Origin: Octopus vulgaris
Lineage: Eukaryota
Direction of reading: 5' to 3'
Assembly (NCBI GenBank): GCA_951406725.2
Contig: OX597827.1
Coordinates: forward strand, 52,824,001 to 52,888,000
DNA length: 64,000 nt
Positions 12,468-25,360 of this stretch are shown one piece after another. The notes below the pieces were generated by a model. That model was not told the origin of the DNA. It searched no databases and was given only the letters and a program-made list of their open reading frames with translations. Positions within the stretch are counted from its first letter, which is position 1, and each line of letters starts with the position of its first letter. A program made the translations under genes and the position numbers.

Positions 12468-13219
12468 GACCTGGGTGTTATTGTCGACAGTGATTTGTGT
12501 TGGACAAAACACATCGCTAAAATTGTCAAGAAGGCTGAGGGTGTCTTGGCATCACTCACCAAGTCCTTTGTGAGCCGCTCTCCGACTATCTGTCTGCGGC
12601 TTTATATAGCTATGGTAAGACCTTACCTGGAATTTGCATCACCGGTCTGGAACCCCTATCTTGCCCAGGATATCAATCGTCTGGAAGCCGTTCAGCGACG
12701 TGCAACCAAAAGAATACCCTCCATCAGGCATTTGCCATATTCTGAACGTCTTACTTCCCTGGGCATGGACACATTGAAACTCCAACGTCTGGCAGCTGAC
12801 TTGGCAGACACCCATAAAATTATCAACCATCTTACAAACAATAACTCTGAGCACCTTTTCGAACTCCACCCATCTAACACCCGTGGACATATTTACAAAG
12901 TAAGAAAACAGCACAGCTTCCATGACTTCAGGAAACATTTTTTCATGCTGAGAGTTGCTGAAGCATGGAACAAACTGTCGGCATCAGTTGTTAGTTGTCG
13001 GAGCACTGCATCCTTCAAAACTTCCATGCTTTCTGAGATTCGCCAACACTACACCTGATTTTCTCCCCTCCATACACACACAAGCATGTATCTGACTCAT
13101 ACATTGTTCGCTTTCCAGACATTTGTACATTACTGCATATGCTTTATATGCACTTTCTGACAAGTTGTGGTGCACCTGAGCACTGTATACAATAATTTCA
13201 TTATTATTATTATTATTAT
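12468..13219 (+). mobile_element. 5'-truncated CR1-clade LINE with open ORF2 C-terminus, 3'UTR and (ATT)n tail
   Basis: DLGVIVDSDLCWTKHI...LYIAMVRPYLEFASPVWNPY...LEAVQRRATK..LPYSERL...TRGH...FF..RVAEAWNKL (CR1 hallmarks); uninterrupted frame to 13058; tail attattatt. Confidence 0.92.
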
Positions 13220-13360
13220 AAGGATTGTTAAAGGATGATGAATGAAACACCCATGTTTCCAGGGATGGATTATTCAATCCCCAAATAATTTCTCTCAATA
13301 CATGGCTATGATGCTCCATCACTACTCGTGCTCCTGATCAAAGATGTACAATTATCAGCC

Positions 13361-13408
<48 letters not shown>

Positions 13409-14200
13409 ACACACACACACACACATACATGTAAGTTGAAAAATAAGAAATCTGAAACATAGGGTTACAATTCAAGAAGCTACAGCTTCTATTAAAATAT
13501 ATACACACTACTTTATATATTTCCTATTGAGGATTTTCTTCTCTGCAGGATGCTGAATTCATGAAGAAAATGATGAAGAACTGTAACAATTAGTGAGACA
13601 TTGTTATGAGGAAGATCTATGTCACCCATGTCAGTTGAAAATACATACATAAAGTGTTGACATGTGTCTGTGTATACATTAATGTGTGTATGAGATATAT
13701 AGTAAAGACTGGTAGGCTCTGCAGAAATGTCTAGTGAAAGAGAAGTATGTTTAGCTACTGATACAATAGAAAGTTTACTGTACAGCTTCTTCAAACTACC
13801 GATCAGATTCTAAAGTAAGTTCATTTCACAGAGAAAGAAGAAAAGAAATGAAAGACAGGAGTAACAGAATTCATGAAGAAAATTATTATGAAAAGGAGAT
13901 GGTGGAACAAGAAAAAAAAACTATCATGAAAGTGAGATGGGGAATCAAGAAAAAAATGTGAAACAGAGAAGGATAATGATAATATGAGAGTGAACCTTAG
14001 AAAAGAAGAGAGAATAGCAGAGTGAAAGAGTAAGGAGATTATATGAAAAGAGAGAGAGAGAGAATGAGTTTGGATGAAGAGGAATGATGGAGTGACACTA
14101 GAATAGGAGAAAGTAGGAGAGAAATGCATGAAAGAGAAGAAGGATAAAGAAAGCAGGAGAAAAAGGGTGAGGAGAGTTTGTAAGAAAAATTGTATAGATA

Positions 14201-14428
14201 TTAACCCCTCTGATACTAATCTGCTTGAGATTGCTCATGGTCCTGTGATATAAACTTCATGTCTTAAAGTGACCTAATGTAAAACTTGTCATCAAAATTC
14301 CATGTTAATTTATTATGTTCCAATCACCAACTAAATAATAACAAAATTATTGTACTCAATCCTTCATCATTTTCAAAATTAATTGAAACAAAGGTAGTTT
14401 AATTCAACCAAAATATGGTAACAAAAGG
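14201..14428. mobile_element. TTAA/CCC-terminated MITE (piggyBac-like), decayed
   Basis: ttaacccctctgatact...ggtaacaaaagg; internal similarity to copies at 42931, 43374, 46262 and 51715. Confidence 0.65.
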
Positions 14429-15849
14429 AAAGGAATTTGAGAAAAAGTAGATGTGTATGGTGATGATTTAGAGACAATGTCAGTCAGGATCTTCAGTTGC
14501 TAGGAAAAACAAAATACCAAATTACAGAAAATATAATTCTATAATAGTGGTTAAGCACAGTTCTGTAATAATGCATGTGTGTGTGTGTGTGTGTGTAACA
14601 TTTGAATTTTCTATTACACATATCAATGAAAATACTACCACCAGGATCTCTACATTGGTGTAGAAATATTTTACATCACATTAGTAATGGCTGAGCAAAC
14701 GTATCACCTGCATTTATTGAATTTTGTGTTGCTTCATGATTTTGTAATATTTTTATTTATATTACTAGGGGGCCAACTTGGCTGCCCACACCATCAGATC
14801 CCTGTGATGTGTGTGTGTGTGTGTGCATGTTCCTTTCTTTATCCTACTTTTCCCAAGCATTTCCTTCCTACTTTTTCTTTTAATCCAATATCCCTCTATT
14901 GTTCCTTCTCACTCACAATCATTGTATGTGTGTGTGTGCATGTGTGTGTGCATGTGTGTGTGCATGTGTGTGTGTGTGTATTTTTGTGTATACAGGCTTA
15001 AATGCATCAATGAACATGTATATGTGTCAGTTATTGTGTGCATGCATAAGCACATAAGCTTGGTTACAAATGTGTACATATGCATTGGGGAAAGTGTGTT
15101 CAACCATCCATGAAAATGTATGAGTAAAATATGTTTGTGCCAGTATATCTGGAAAGGTATTCGCATCTTTGAAATACCCCCAAGGTGCCTGGCACCATTA
15201 TGGTGGTGTTGGTCATATATACTATCAATGCTCTTCTTTATTTTACTTCAATTAGAATATCCCTCAGCAGTTCTAGTTTTTGCAGCAGTAGCTCACATGG
15301 GACATCCTTGACAAACCAAGGTTGTTTTCTCTTGAGAAATCAAGGCTTTCTTTTCTCATCTCTTCTGTACATACATGCTTCAAGAGTTCCAGTAAGTGGC
15401 CATTTAGTCAAACCACCAAGTAAATGGTGCTGTATATTGAAGTCAACCAGACATTAATTGCTCTGAAAGTTACCAATCAGTAGTGATGGCCAACTGTTTC
15501 AAGCTTTTCATAGATCCAAACTGATCAGAGCATCTCTAAAGCAAAGTTCATTATCCATCCTCTCATCATCATCATTATCATTTTCATCATCATCCTTTAA
15601 TGTCTGTTTTCCATGCTGGCATGGTTTGTACAGTTTGACCAGAGCTGCACCAGATTCCAGTCTCATTTGGTTTGGTTTCTATGGTTGGATGCCTTTCTGA
15701 ATGCTAACCACTTTCTAGTGTGTCCCGAGTGCTTTAAATGCGGTACCAGCACAAGCACTTTTATGTGGCACTGGGATGAATGCTTTTTACATGACACTGA
15801 CACAGGACTCTTGCAAGCCAATTCCTCTTCACTAGGGGATGTGGCCTTA

Positions 15850-16100
15850 ACACTTCTGCTGTGGAGGATGGGATGCATGAGGCAGTGATTAGTGGGAGTA
15901 AACATGTCCAGAATTGCACAATTCTGCACTTTCCTGACTTCATTGCTAATGACAAACACCCATCTCTTTGCTTGCACACTGGCCACAATCTTTAACTCTG
16001 TATTCAGCAAAGTCATGGGCTGGAAATTATTAATAGTGTATTTCTTCAACAGTTCTACCACTCACTGGCTCACAGGATTAGGAATTCTCTTATTCTACTG
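15850..16100 (-). mobile_element. Tx1/L1-like LINE RT N-terminal fragment
   Basis: INNFQPMTLLNTELKIVASVQAKR...EVRKVQNCAI, resembling NFRPITLLNxDxKIxAKVLAxRL...Q..AI. Confidence 0.7.
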
Positions 16101-16359
16101 CCAGTTGTAATAGATGTCTACCAAAGAGGTTAACAAACAAGTCTGGCATGTATTTGAAGGCTGTAAGATAGGCCATCCAAACCAAGTAATTTATCCCTCA
16201 TACATTCACTTACTGTTACAGTTGTTGTTATTAGTTTCATACTCTCTGTTGAGTGTTGTGACAGGTTTTTGAAGTTAGCACTGAAGTTCACTACTGTCTC
16301 TGCTCTGCCAGTTGCCCAATTGAGCAAAGTAACGATGGTAAATGGTGTCAGGACTGCCT

Positions 16360-16814
16360 TATATACAAATAAATATGATAAATGCTCATGCAGAGATAAA
16401 TCAAAATGTCCTTCGATGAATCTCTGTATGAACACAAATCTTGTATATAAATGTACTGTGCACACAAAGGGAGGGCCCTATGTTTACATTCGGCAGACGG
16501 CTGATTCATTTAAGAATTATTATTGTAACCATGTTGCCAGCTTTAAGACAATCAATAAGAGGCATTCAACATCTTTGGCAGATTTTGTATGGAGACTGAA
16601 GGAGGACAAAACGAAGTACAGAATTAATTGGTCCATAGTAAGATATGCAAAACCATACAATATAATTTCCAGGAGATGCTGTCTCTGCTCCAAGGAATCT
16701 CTGTCAGTTCTGTGGACTAACGAGAAGATAATTAATAGAATTTCTGAATGGTTATCAAGATGTCTACACGCATATAAATGTACTTTCACACAATGCAGTG
16801 AGAATGAATTTTGA
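16360..16814 (+). mobile_element. Penelope-like element GIY-YIG endonuclease fragment
   Basis: CSCRDKSKCPSMNLCMNTNLVYKCTV...YVYIRQT...FK..H..SF...STSLADFVW.LK...INWSIV..AKPY...RCCLC.KE...INR.SE..SRCLH; the YIG motif is mutated to YIR. Confidence 0.85.
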
Positions 16815-17559
16815 GTAACCGTTAATTTAATTTACTTTAAGGTATGGATGACTTAAATTTACTTTTAAGCTCCCCATTCTTATAAACACCAAAATTAAAA
16901 AACAAGACTAAAATAAATACATAACTAGAAAAAATTGCTCAATGACAAAGAAATAAGAGGAAAAAAAAACTAACGTTCATGTTTCTATAAACCTATCCCC
17001 TAAACTATAGAAATTTAGAGAAATATAAGCTTCTTATTGCTGTAAAATAAGGAAGCAAGAAAAAATTATTTAATGTATTCCAATTTTAACCCCCTCTCAA
17101 CTCTGCTGCATACACATACAGAGAAAATTATGATATATGACTCAAAGAATCAAATTAAAAATGCATAGAGCCGTATTTACTTCTATTTCTGTACCTTACA
17201 AAATAGGGAACAAAAAACAAAAAACAAATGTAATATTTCATTCCATATGCTATGCTTTCTGCTAGATTTTTTTTTAATGAAGACAAAGATGAGTCCCACT
17301 TTTTAGTTTTCTGTCAGTGGGCCCATTATACCTTTTCTATTTTCTATTTGAAATTTTAATTAATTCATAATATATGATTATCCTTAGTCTGTTAAGAACA
17401 TGTTTCAAGAATTTGTGTAAGCTTTTTATTCTTTTTATTGTAATACATCAATATCTTTGTTTTTATTTGGATTCTTTAATTCGAATGTCAAAGAATCTTT
17501 GTGTAGAAGATGTCTTTCTGGCAATATCCATGACCTTTCTCAAAAGTAAGCGAAACATA

Positions 17560-18250
17560 GTATTTTAAACTTGGCATTCATACAAATGAAAACTCCTGAT
17601 AAGTGAATTGATAATATAGGACATGATGAACAATCTTCTCTCAGGACCTTAAATCTTAAACATCTGTATAAATAAGCATTGCCTCATCCACAACACATTT
17701 GATATACTTTTGTTTAGTAAACACAGAAGACAGTAATACTAGGACTAGCTTCTCATAAAGGAACCTACCAACACCACAACTTACAACTAAAGCAATTGAT
17801 TTGGTTGATCAAACTACTAAATGGTTATCATCAAAACTGATGAAGATCTATTAGAATGGCTTCTGTTTCTCAAAGGTAGCTACTTGCATACTGTTTCCAC
17901 TCAAATACATCCAATACACTTGTCTCCTATACACTCCACCTGTTCCCAATCAAGGTCAACACTAGCAACTATGACCAACATCTTTTTCTGTGAAACAGTA
18001 ACTTTCTAAAATTTCCTTCTGGTCACACTTTTAGCAGTTGTTTATTTACAGTTGTCCAAGATGAACATCACCTACCTCAATCTTGCTAGGCTGGGTGTAA
18101 TGGGTGAAGACCCTTTCTCCTGACTAAACAATATATCAAACATAGATATAGCATTAAGGCAAAAATTGGGATCCACTTGAAGTATAAAAATACTGGAACT
18201 TTTGAAGCACTACACCACTTCATAATACACCAAATCACTAATACACTGTA
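17560..18250 (+). mobile_element. Highly decayed LINE-like remnant
   Basis: Purine-rich, coding-like texture with many stops; followed by an RTE-type tail at 18320-18510. Confidence 0.3.
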
Positions 18251-19899
18251 CTATACTTCTACATAATATTATACCATGTCACCCACCCACCACAACAGAA
18301 TTGAGATCCTAAAACTAAGGTGCCACATAAAAAGTACTGTTGTTGGTTCCACGTAAAAAGCACCCAGTACACTCTGTAGAGTGGTTGACATTAGGAAAGG
18401 CATCCAGCTGTAGAAACCAAGTCAAAACAGACTATGAAACCTGGTGTGAACAGTTCCTGTCAAGCTGGCCAACCAATGCCAGCATGGAAAATAGACATTA
18501 AATGATGATGATATCACTAGTTCATTACATTATACACTTATGCAACACAAGTTACTTGTGCACTATACTATAATTATACATGTCACTCCAAATCTACACA
18601 ACAGTGTTGAGCTTTAGTGCTATGAAATAAATACACAACACTCCCAACACACATATTTTATCATTAGCTGCTACACTACATTTTCTTTACCCATTGTTCC
18701 CTGTGCAATCTTGAAATTCCTATGAAATCCTATTGATGCACTCACAACTCCCTTCATCCATAAAATTGTATGTTAACAGCAATCTAGCAATCTAGATAGC
18801 AATTTCTGTCTGTTTTTTTTTTTTCAAACTGATTTGTTTTCTTTGAATTCTTTTACATTTTCTACCTTTTTTTAAAAAAAATTCAGCCTTCTGATAACGT
18901 CTTTAGTCTTATACAAGTGTTATTTTCTAGAATTCCTTCACTAGTCTTTAATTGTTACGTTTACTATTCCCATCATAACTACCACCATCCTTTCTCTCTC
19001 TTGCTTCTCTCTTTCTCTTCTTTCTTTACAGAAGCAAGTCATTCTACTTACCAGATCTTTCAGTGGAATCCTCAACCATTTAATCATTTCATTCAACTCT
19101 ATAGAAATAGCAAATGAATCTGTGCTACTCATTCATTCAAATCAGTATTGATCATTCAATAAACTCTGTCTTTACAGAAGAAATAGCTAAATAAACTGTA
19201 CAATACAATAAGTACTTGTTATTTGCTTTGGCTTTCACATCTTAAATAATAATCTTTATCAGAAACTCAAGTGAAAGAATGTGTTATAGATGTTCTCTTT
19301 TCTTATATTTTAATACATATTTTTAACAACTTCCAACCCAACAAGCTAACATGGGAAAGAGAAATCAATAGATTCAGTCAGTATCACCCCATTTCTCTAT
19401 TTTAACTGCCCTACACAAATCATTTCATTATATTTATTCAATACAAGCCTTTTAAAAAAAATTTTTTTCTCAATTTTTCTGGAACTTCCCCACCAACCAG
19501 CATCACCACCATGCTTTTGTAATTTTTGTTTTCTTTATTAACATTTTCATTCATGGATGCAAAGAAGGAAGTCCTATGCTAAAAAAACAACTACTCCATA
19601 ATCACATACACTCTACGATCAATTATAATCCTGAGTATAAATAATCAATTATAATCCCAAGTATAAATAATTATGATATTCACACGGTCTGATTGATTGC
19701 TTTTCTATGAACTGGTTGAGTATAAACGTCTGTGTGACACACACACTCCAACACATGCAGCCACTTCTATCATGTTCCTCTTTCCCCTCCATGTGCCTCA
19801 CTAGTTTTCTTCTCTCACAGAACAAAGAAAAAAAAAAGAAAAACATTTTTTTATCCTAGTGTTGTAATTATTCTTTCACCAATTTTTCTCTTATTCTTC

Positions 19900-20520
19900 T
19901 CTCACTTCTTTTCTCTCTCTGAACTCTAACCTTTTCTTCTTTTTTTTGCTTCCTTTGTTCCTTCCTTCTTTCCATACAATAGCATCTCATGCCCATACCC
20001 TTGCACACATTACCATCCCACTCTTCACATTCCTCTTACCATTCCTTTTACCTCACACTTGCACCCACTCCCACCACCTCACACACAACATAATTACACA
20101 CACATCAACATCTCATGCTCCCACTAACCCAAGTCACTATACTTCTACACATGCACTCCACCTCTCTTTCTACACACACACACGCATCCCAAAAAGCTAC
20201 ACAGATCACTCCACCACCACATGTCCACCTCAAAATGCAGTTACACTCCTATATTTACTTACACACCTACTACTCCTCCCTTCATACTCCCCTCCCATAG
20301 AACCATATTCCCACCTGATCACTAACCCCTTATCTGGTTTTTCCTGTCCATTCTTCTCAACTACATTTTCTCTTTCTCCTCCTGTGCTTTTTTTCTGATG
20401 AAGGCCTAATGTCTGAAACATTAAGACTCTTTCCTTTCCTTTTTTTAAGCATTAAAATAATACAAGAATTGTTAAAACCTATGTTGACTTTTCTCTTTTT
20501 GTTCATTACACTTACTGTAT
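19900..20520 (+). mobile_element. Penelope-like pseudo-LTR/3' region with minimal hammerhead core
   Basis: C/A-rich tract, then ctgatgaaggcctaatgtctgaaacatta (20395-20423) and attaaaataatac. Similar reverse-oriented tracts at 1-230 and 39960-40350. Confidence 0.55.
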
Positions 20521-20526
20521 ATACAG

Positions 20527-20660
20527 GTACAGGTGTGACTGTATGATAATAAGCTAGCCTCCCAACCACATAATTCCAGGTTCATTCCCACTGCTTGGCA
20601 ACTTGAGCAGACCAAAACCTTGTAAATAGATTTGGTAGATGCAAACTGAAAGAAACCCAT

Positions 20661-20709
<49 letters not shown>

Positions 20710-21087
20710 CTCTTTGCGCATGTTTTTGTCCCCCACCACTACTTGACACTAGTGTTGGTTTATTTATGTCCCCATAACTTAGCAGTTCAGCAAAAGCAGT
20801 CAATAGAATATGTACCAGGTTAGAAAACAGAAAAAATAAGTACTGGAGTCGATTTGTTCAACTAAACCTTTCAAAGCAGTGCCCCATTATGGCTGCAGTC
20901 CAATGACTGAATCATGTAAATGATAAAAAGTAGGCGTGGCTGTGTGGTAAGGAGCTTGCTTCCCAACCACATGCTTTCACGTTGAGTCCTCCTCTATGAC
21001 ACCTTGGGAAAGTGTCTTCCACTATAGCCTCTGGCTGACCAAAGCTTTGTGAATGGATTTGGTAGACAGAAACTGAAAAAAGCCCAT
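20527..21087 (+). mobile_element. Two tandem family-A tRNA-derived SINEs (one near full length, one 5' half)
   Basis: Heads aggtgtgactgtatg... and aggcgtggctgtgtggtaag...; body matches the 52534 copy. Confidence 0.75.
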
Positions 21088-21160
21088 CCATTAATCCCTA
21101 CACATTTTTTCTCTCTCCTTTTTTTTCATTCTCTCTCCTACATTCATGTATATGTATGCA

Positions 21161-21202
<42 letters not shown>

Positions 21203-21784
21203 GATCTTGTAATACCAGGTAATTCTAGGAAAAATCACTCAGTGAAGCATAAAATATGTCTCCATACTTCAAACAACCCTCAGGCTGCCTCACTTCCCAT
21301 ACTACTGCAGATCCTTCAGGTCCTTTACCCAAAGAATTTCTACCGATTTTGTGAAATTCTATATTCCTCCACTTCCTAATCATAACTGTTCCATGAGCAG
21401 TATTTCTATGTAAAAAGCCTTCACCTTTGTCTGTTTTGCAAATAATTCTACATTATCATATTTTTCTAAATTTTTCATGCAAGAGTCCTTTTATTTCACA
21501 CTCTTTTTCCTCACTGTAGCTCTCCTCCATTATGTGATAATACCTGAGAAGTGATCTTTATTTTCAATAATGAAACAGTGTAACAAATAATACGTCACAT
21601 ATTCTTACAGGTTTTCTATACTAATAAAACTTCCTATTATTTAAATATAATAGAAAGTGATCTTTTGAAATGCTTTTATTTTTGTGTGAATTAGGAAATG
21701 GTGGTGAGTGAAAATTTGTAAAGAGAATTATAAGCCTTCACTGTATATTGACTATAGAAATAGTTTAATATTAGGGCATATATA

Positions 21785-22010
21785 AGGTGGTAAGCTGGCA
21801 CACCAAGCTGGTAAGCTGGCACACCAAGCAAAATGCTCAGTGGATTTTGTCCATTTTTACATTCAGAGTTGAAATTCCACTGAGGCCGACTTGCCTTTCA
21901 TCCTTTCATGGTCGATAAAATAAGTACCATTTGAGCAATGGGGTCAATGTAATTAGCATATCCTTCCCCTGAAATTGCTGGTCATGTTCCAAAATTTGAA
22001 ATCAATATTA
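21785..22010 (+). mobile_element. Family-C SINE with a 21-bp duplication in its head
   Basis: ggtaagctggcacaccaagc x2; core gccgacttgcctttcatcctttcatggtcgataaaataagtacc. Confidence 0.7.
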
Positions 22011-22019
22011 GGGCATATA

Positions 22020-22745
22020 AACGAAGTACTGAAGGACAACTTCAGGATGCTGAACCTTTCAGATGAGACGACAAAGGACTGAGATACCTGGCACCTTGCT
22101 GTACTCAAGAAGACCCATATTCCACAGTGGAAGTGTTAAGGCCACTCCCCCTGGTGAAGAGTATTGTCCTGCAAGAGTCCTGTGCCAGTGTCACATAAAA
22201 AGTATTTGTGCCAGTGCCACATAAAAGCACCTATGCAATACCACTTCAAAGCCACCCAGCACATGCTATAAAGAGGTTGGTGTTGGGAAGGGCATCCAGC
22301 CATAGAAACCATGCCAAATCAGACTGGAACCTGGTGCAGCCCTCCAGCTCACCACTTCTGGTCAAACTGTCCAACCTATTCCAGCATAAAAAACAGATGT
22401 TAAATGATAATGGTGGTGATGATGATGATGATAAACCACCATAATGGAAAAGGAATGTTTACTTATTTGCACCATCCGACCGTGGCCGTTGCCAGCTTCG
22501 TCTGGTCCCCATGCCGGTGGCACGTAAAAAGCACCATCCGATCGTGGCCGTCTGCCAGCGTCATCTGGCACCTGTGCCGATGGCACGTAAAAAGCACCCA
22601 CTACACTCACGGAGTGGTTGGCATTAGGAAGGGCATCCAGCTGTAGAAACACTGCCAGATCAGACTGGGCCTGGTGCAGCCTTCTGGCTTCCCAGACCCC
22701 AGTTGAACCGTCCAACCCATGCCAGCATGGAAAGCGGACGTTAAA
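22020..22745 (+). mobile_element. Two consecutive RTE-like LINE 3' ends (older 22020-22435, younger CpG-rich 22470-22745)
   Basis: Both carry gg(c/t)..t(a/g)ggaagggcatccagc..tagaaac...aacc..t.ccagcat..aaa.c.ga.gttaaatg; the older ends in (GAT)n. Confidence 0.7.
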
Positions 22746-24007
22746 TGCAATTTTAAGGGAAATAATGTTATCAATTAATTTATATAATTTTTATGGATAG
22801 GGGAAAAGCATTATACACTGAAGTAGAAGATACCCATAGGAAGACTACAAGAAATATAGAAAGAAGTGGTGAAGAAACACAAGGTTTGGAGAAGAATGGC
22901 AATGTGATATATTACAGACTCATTCAAAATAGAAAAATAAGGACATTGAAATGGCATAAATGATGAAGTGTTCTTCTCTCAAGGCTAGAACATTAAACTT
23001 TCAACTAAGTCCATTAAGCTTTTGACAAAAATGCAATTGGATATTACCTGTTCACTGTAATGAGTTCAGTGTTATGGATTGCCTAGAGTTCAGTAAAACA
23101 AACAAGTGTCCTCATTGCTTACTGTGTTCAGTTTCACTCTCCATGTGGATATATCTTGGAGAAGGGTGGTGTATACTTGGCTGACTTATGTTAAATATAA
23201 TGTACAATGGTTAAGTTAGCAGTGATGCCCCAGTTACCAAATTCATTAAGTGAATAGCCAAAAATGTGTATAGTTTACATTTGAAGATAGTGAATTAAAA
23301 TGTAAATAAATTTAACTAATCAGATCTGAATATATTTTAATCTCTATGTATACGTGAGATGGGGTGGGGTAATAGATCTTGCATTATTTTCTGAATGCAT
23401 TCTACTGGTACTGAAAATTGAGATCAAGGAAGCTTTTGCCCTTTTGCTCAATGTGTGGTTTCTGTCTGCACTGAGCTTGCCTTGGCTATAAGATATTGTA
23501 TTACTTTCAGTGTGGATTTTACAGGTTTCATCAACTGAAATACCCTGTTGTTGAATTACAGTGAAATGAGAGAGTATTCCACAGATACGTGTAATTATTG
23601 AGGTAGAATAAGCATGATAAGGCTGGCTCTTTGAAATATACATACAAACCATTTGATGAGCTTTCAAATAGTTTCTTTCTACCACATTTCATTCGTTAAG
23701 TTTGGATTGACTCAAGGCTACAGAAAAAGACACTTAACCAAAGTTCATAATACTGTAATTCAACCCAGGACCTCATCAGTTTAACAATTTGGCCATTTCT
23801 GTATCCATTTTTATCCAGAGACAATATGTGTTAATGGTAAAGGAAAAAAATAGTTTCAATACAAAATAGACAGGCAAACCAAACAATATATAAAAAATAG
23901 ACAGGCACAAGTAAATCAATAGTTAAAATGCAGTCATTAACTGCAATAATAAAATATTTTTAACCAACAATGAGCCACTTTATAAAATCAAATAACCATT
24001 TACTCAC

Positions 24008-24370
24008 TTGACTGGTTTTGTTGGTGCATCCAATTGGGATGGTTGATCTGAAGATTGTTCTACTTCTGGTACTAATGATAGTGATGGTGGTGGTTGCTGT
24101 TGTTGTTGCAATTGCTGCTGTTTTTCTGAAAGCTGCTCACCTTCTGGTTGTTGCTGCTGCTGCTGTTGTTTTTGCAAAGGTCTCTCAGCTTCTTGCTGCT
24201 GCTGTTGTTTTGGCACTGGACTCTCAACTTCAGGCTGCTGTTGTTGTTGCTGCAAAGGTCTCTCAGCTTCTGGTTGTTGCTGCTGTTGTTTTTGCAAAGG
24301 TCTCTCAGCTTCTTGCTGCTGCTGTTCTTCTTGCAATGGACACTCAGCTTCTGGCTGCTGCTGTTGCTGT

Positions 24371-24402
<32 letters not shown>

Positions 24403-24596
24403 AGTTCTCTCAGCTTCTGACTGCTGCTTCTGTTTAGAGACAGAACTGACCATGCCTTCTGATTTCTGCAAACATTCAACTGACTCAGCAATGTCCTTAC
24501 CACATATCTCTGGAGACTTAGCCAACTCACTAGACATTTCAGAAAATACCTGTGTGTTTGGCTCCTTTGGAGCAGGGAAACTGTCAGTAATGCCAT
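24008..24596 (-). CDS. TACC: Polyglutamine-rich coding exon of the same gene
   Basis: Acceptor tatatattccag|AT (AG 24598-24597, phase 1, completes G+AT=Asp from the previous exon). Donor CAA|GTGAGTA after 24008 (phase 2). Open frame DGITDSFPAPKEPN...QQQQPEAERPLQ...PTKPVK. Confidence 0.85.
24085..24430 (-). repeat. CAG/CAA polyQ array with (P)EAERPLQ spacers and a 120-bp higher-order duplication
   Basis: gttgtttttgcaaaggtctctcagcttcttgctgctgctgtt at about 24165 and 24285. Confidence 0.9.
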
Positions 24597-25360
24597 CTGG
24601 AATATATAAACATTCATTAGAGCAACTGATTGACATGACAACATTCTAACATATTAGCTATCAAAAGGTGAATGATATTGTGACATGGGAACATTACAAA
24701 CAGCAAAGTTTACATGAAGTTATGGTGTAATGTTGTAACACCATAACATAGTATGTACTTGTGGATTTTAATTTTTAGTTATAGATGCAATGATATTTGT
24801 TTAGTTCCAGGTCAACCTTAATTTCTTTTTCATTGGCTTGGCTTGAAGGGGCTGTATTTATGATTTTTGCAGGCCCTCTGAGACTGGGGAGATTAATGCA
24901 ATTGATATACCTCTTGAACATCTGTAGCGCAATGACTGCAAGAAAAAAATGTGTACAGAGGGAATTCCAAAGAGAGAAGACTGATGTTCTAGGGGAAATG
25001 GAAAGTGTCTAGAAGGGAAATATGAGTGTGGAAAAGAAGCAGAATGAGGGAGTCATTAGTGTCTGAGCTGGGGGGGCATAATACCAGTCACCAGTAGAAC
25101 AGGCAGGGTGGATTAGAGTTGGGAGACATTGGTGAATGACTTTATGCTAATCAGTTAAGTGGGGATTTTAGGATGTAGTTTAAGAAGTCTGTGCAAATGT
25201 GTAGCAGTAGTACCTCCACCCAAGATGTGGGAACAGTACACTGTTGTGTGTCTCACTTGGGGTTCATAGAGTTAATAGTGTTGGGAGTTGAATTCTATTC
25301 TAGCTCTAAAGATGAAGGCTAATCATCATGAGGTAGTTTTGGCTAAGTTGAGGATGTGCA

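Noticed and set aside
13535-13630. Strong plus-strand acceptor ttttcttctctgcag|GATGCTGAA
   Set aside because: Downstream sequence resembles the RTE LINE C-terminal remnants at 22040 and 62470 and stops after 14 codons.
21540-21600. ctgagaa...gaaacagtgta hammerhead-like words (also about 58213-58235)
   Set aside because: Core and stems too degenerate to call.
23344-23685. 113-aa minus-strand ORF as the next exon
   Set aside because: Available acceptors give stops when joined to the phase-2 donor at 24008; no good donor; no recognisable motif.
24018-24644. Overlapping ORFs in other frames and strands (poly-L, poly-A/V, poly-S/N)
   Set aside because: Expected by-product of CAG/CAA repeats lacking stops.
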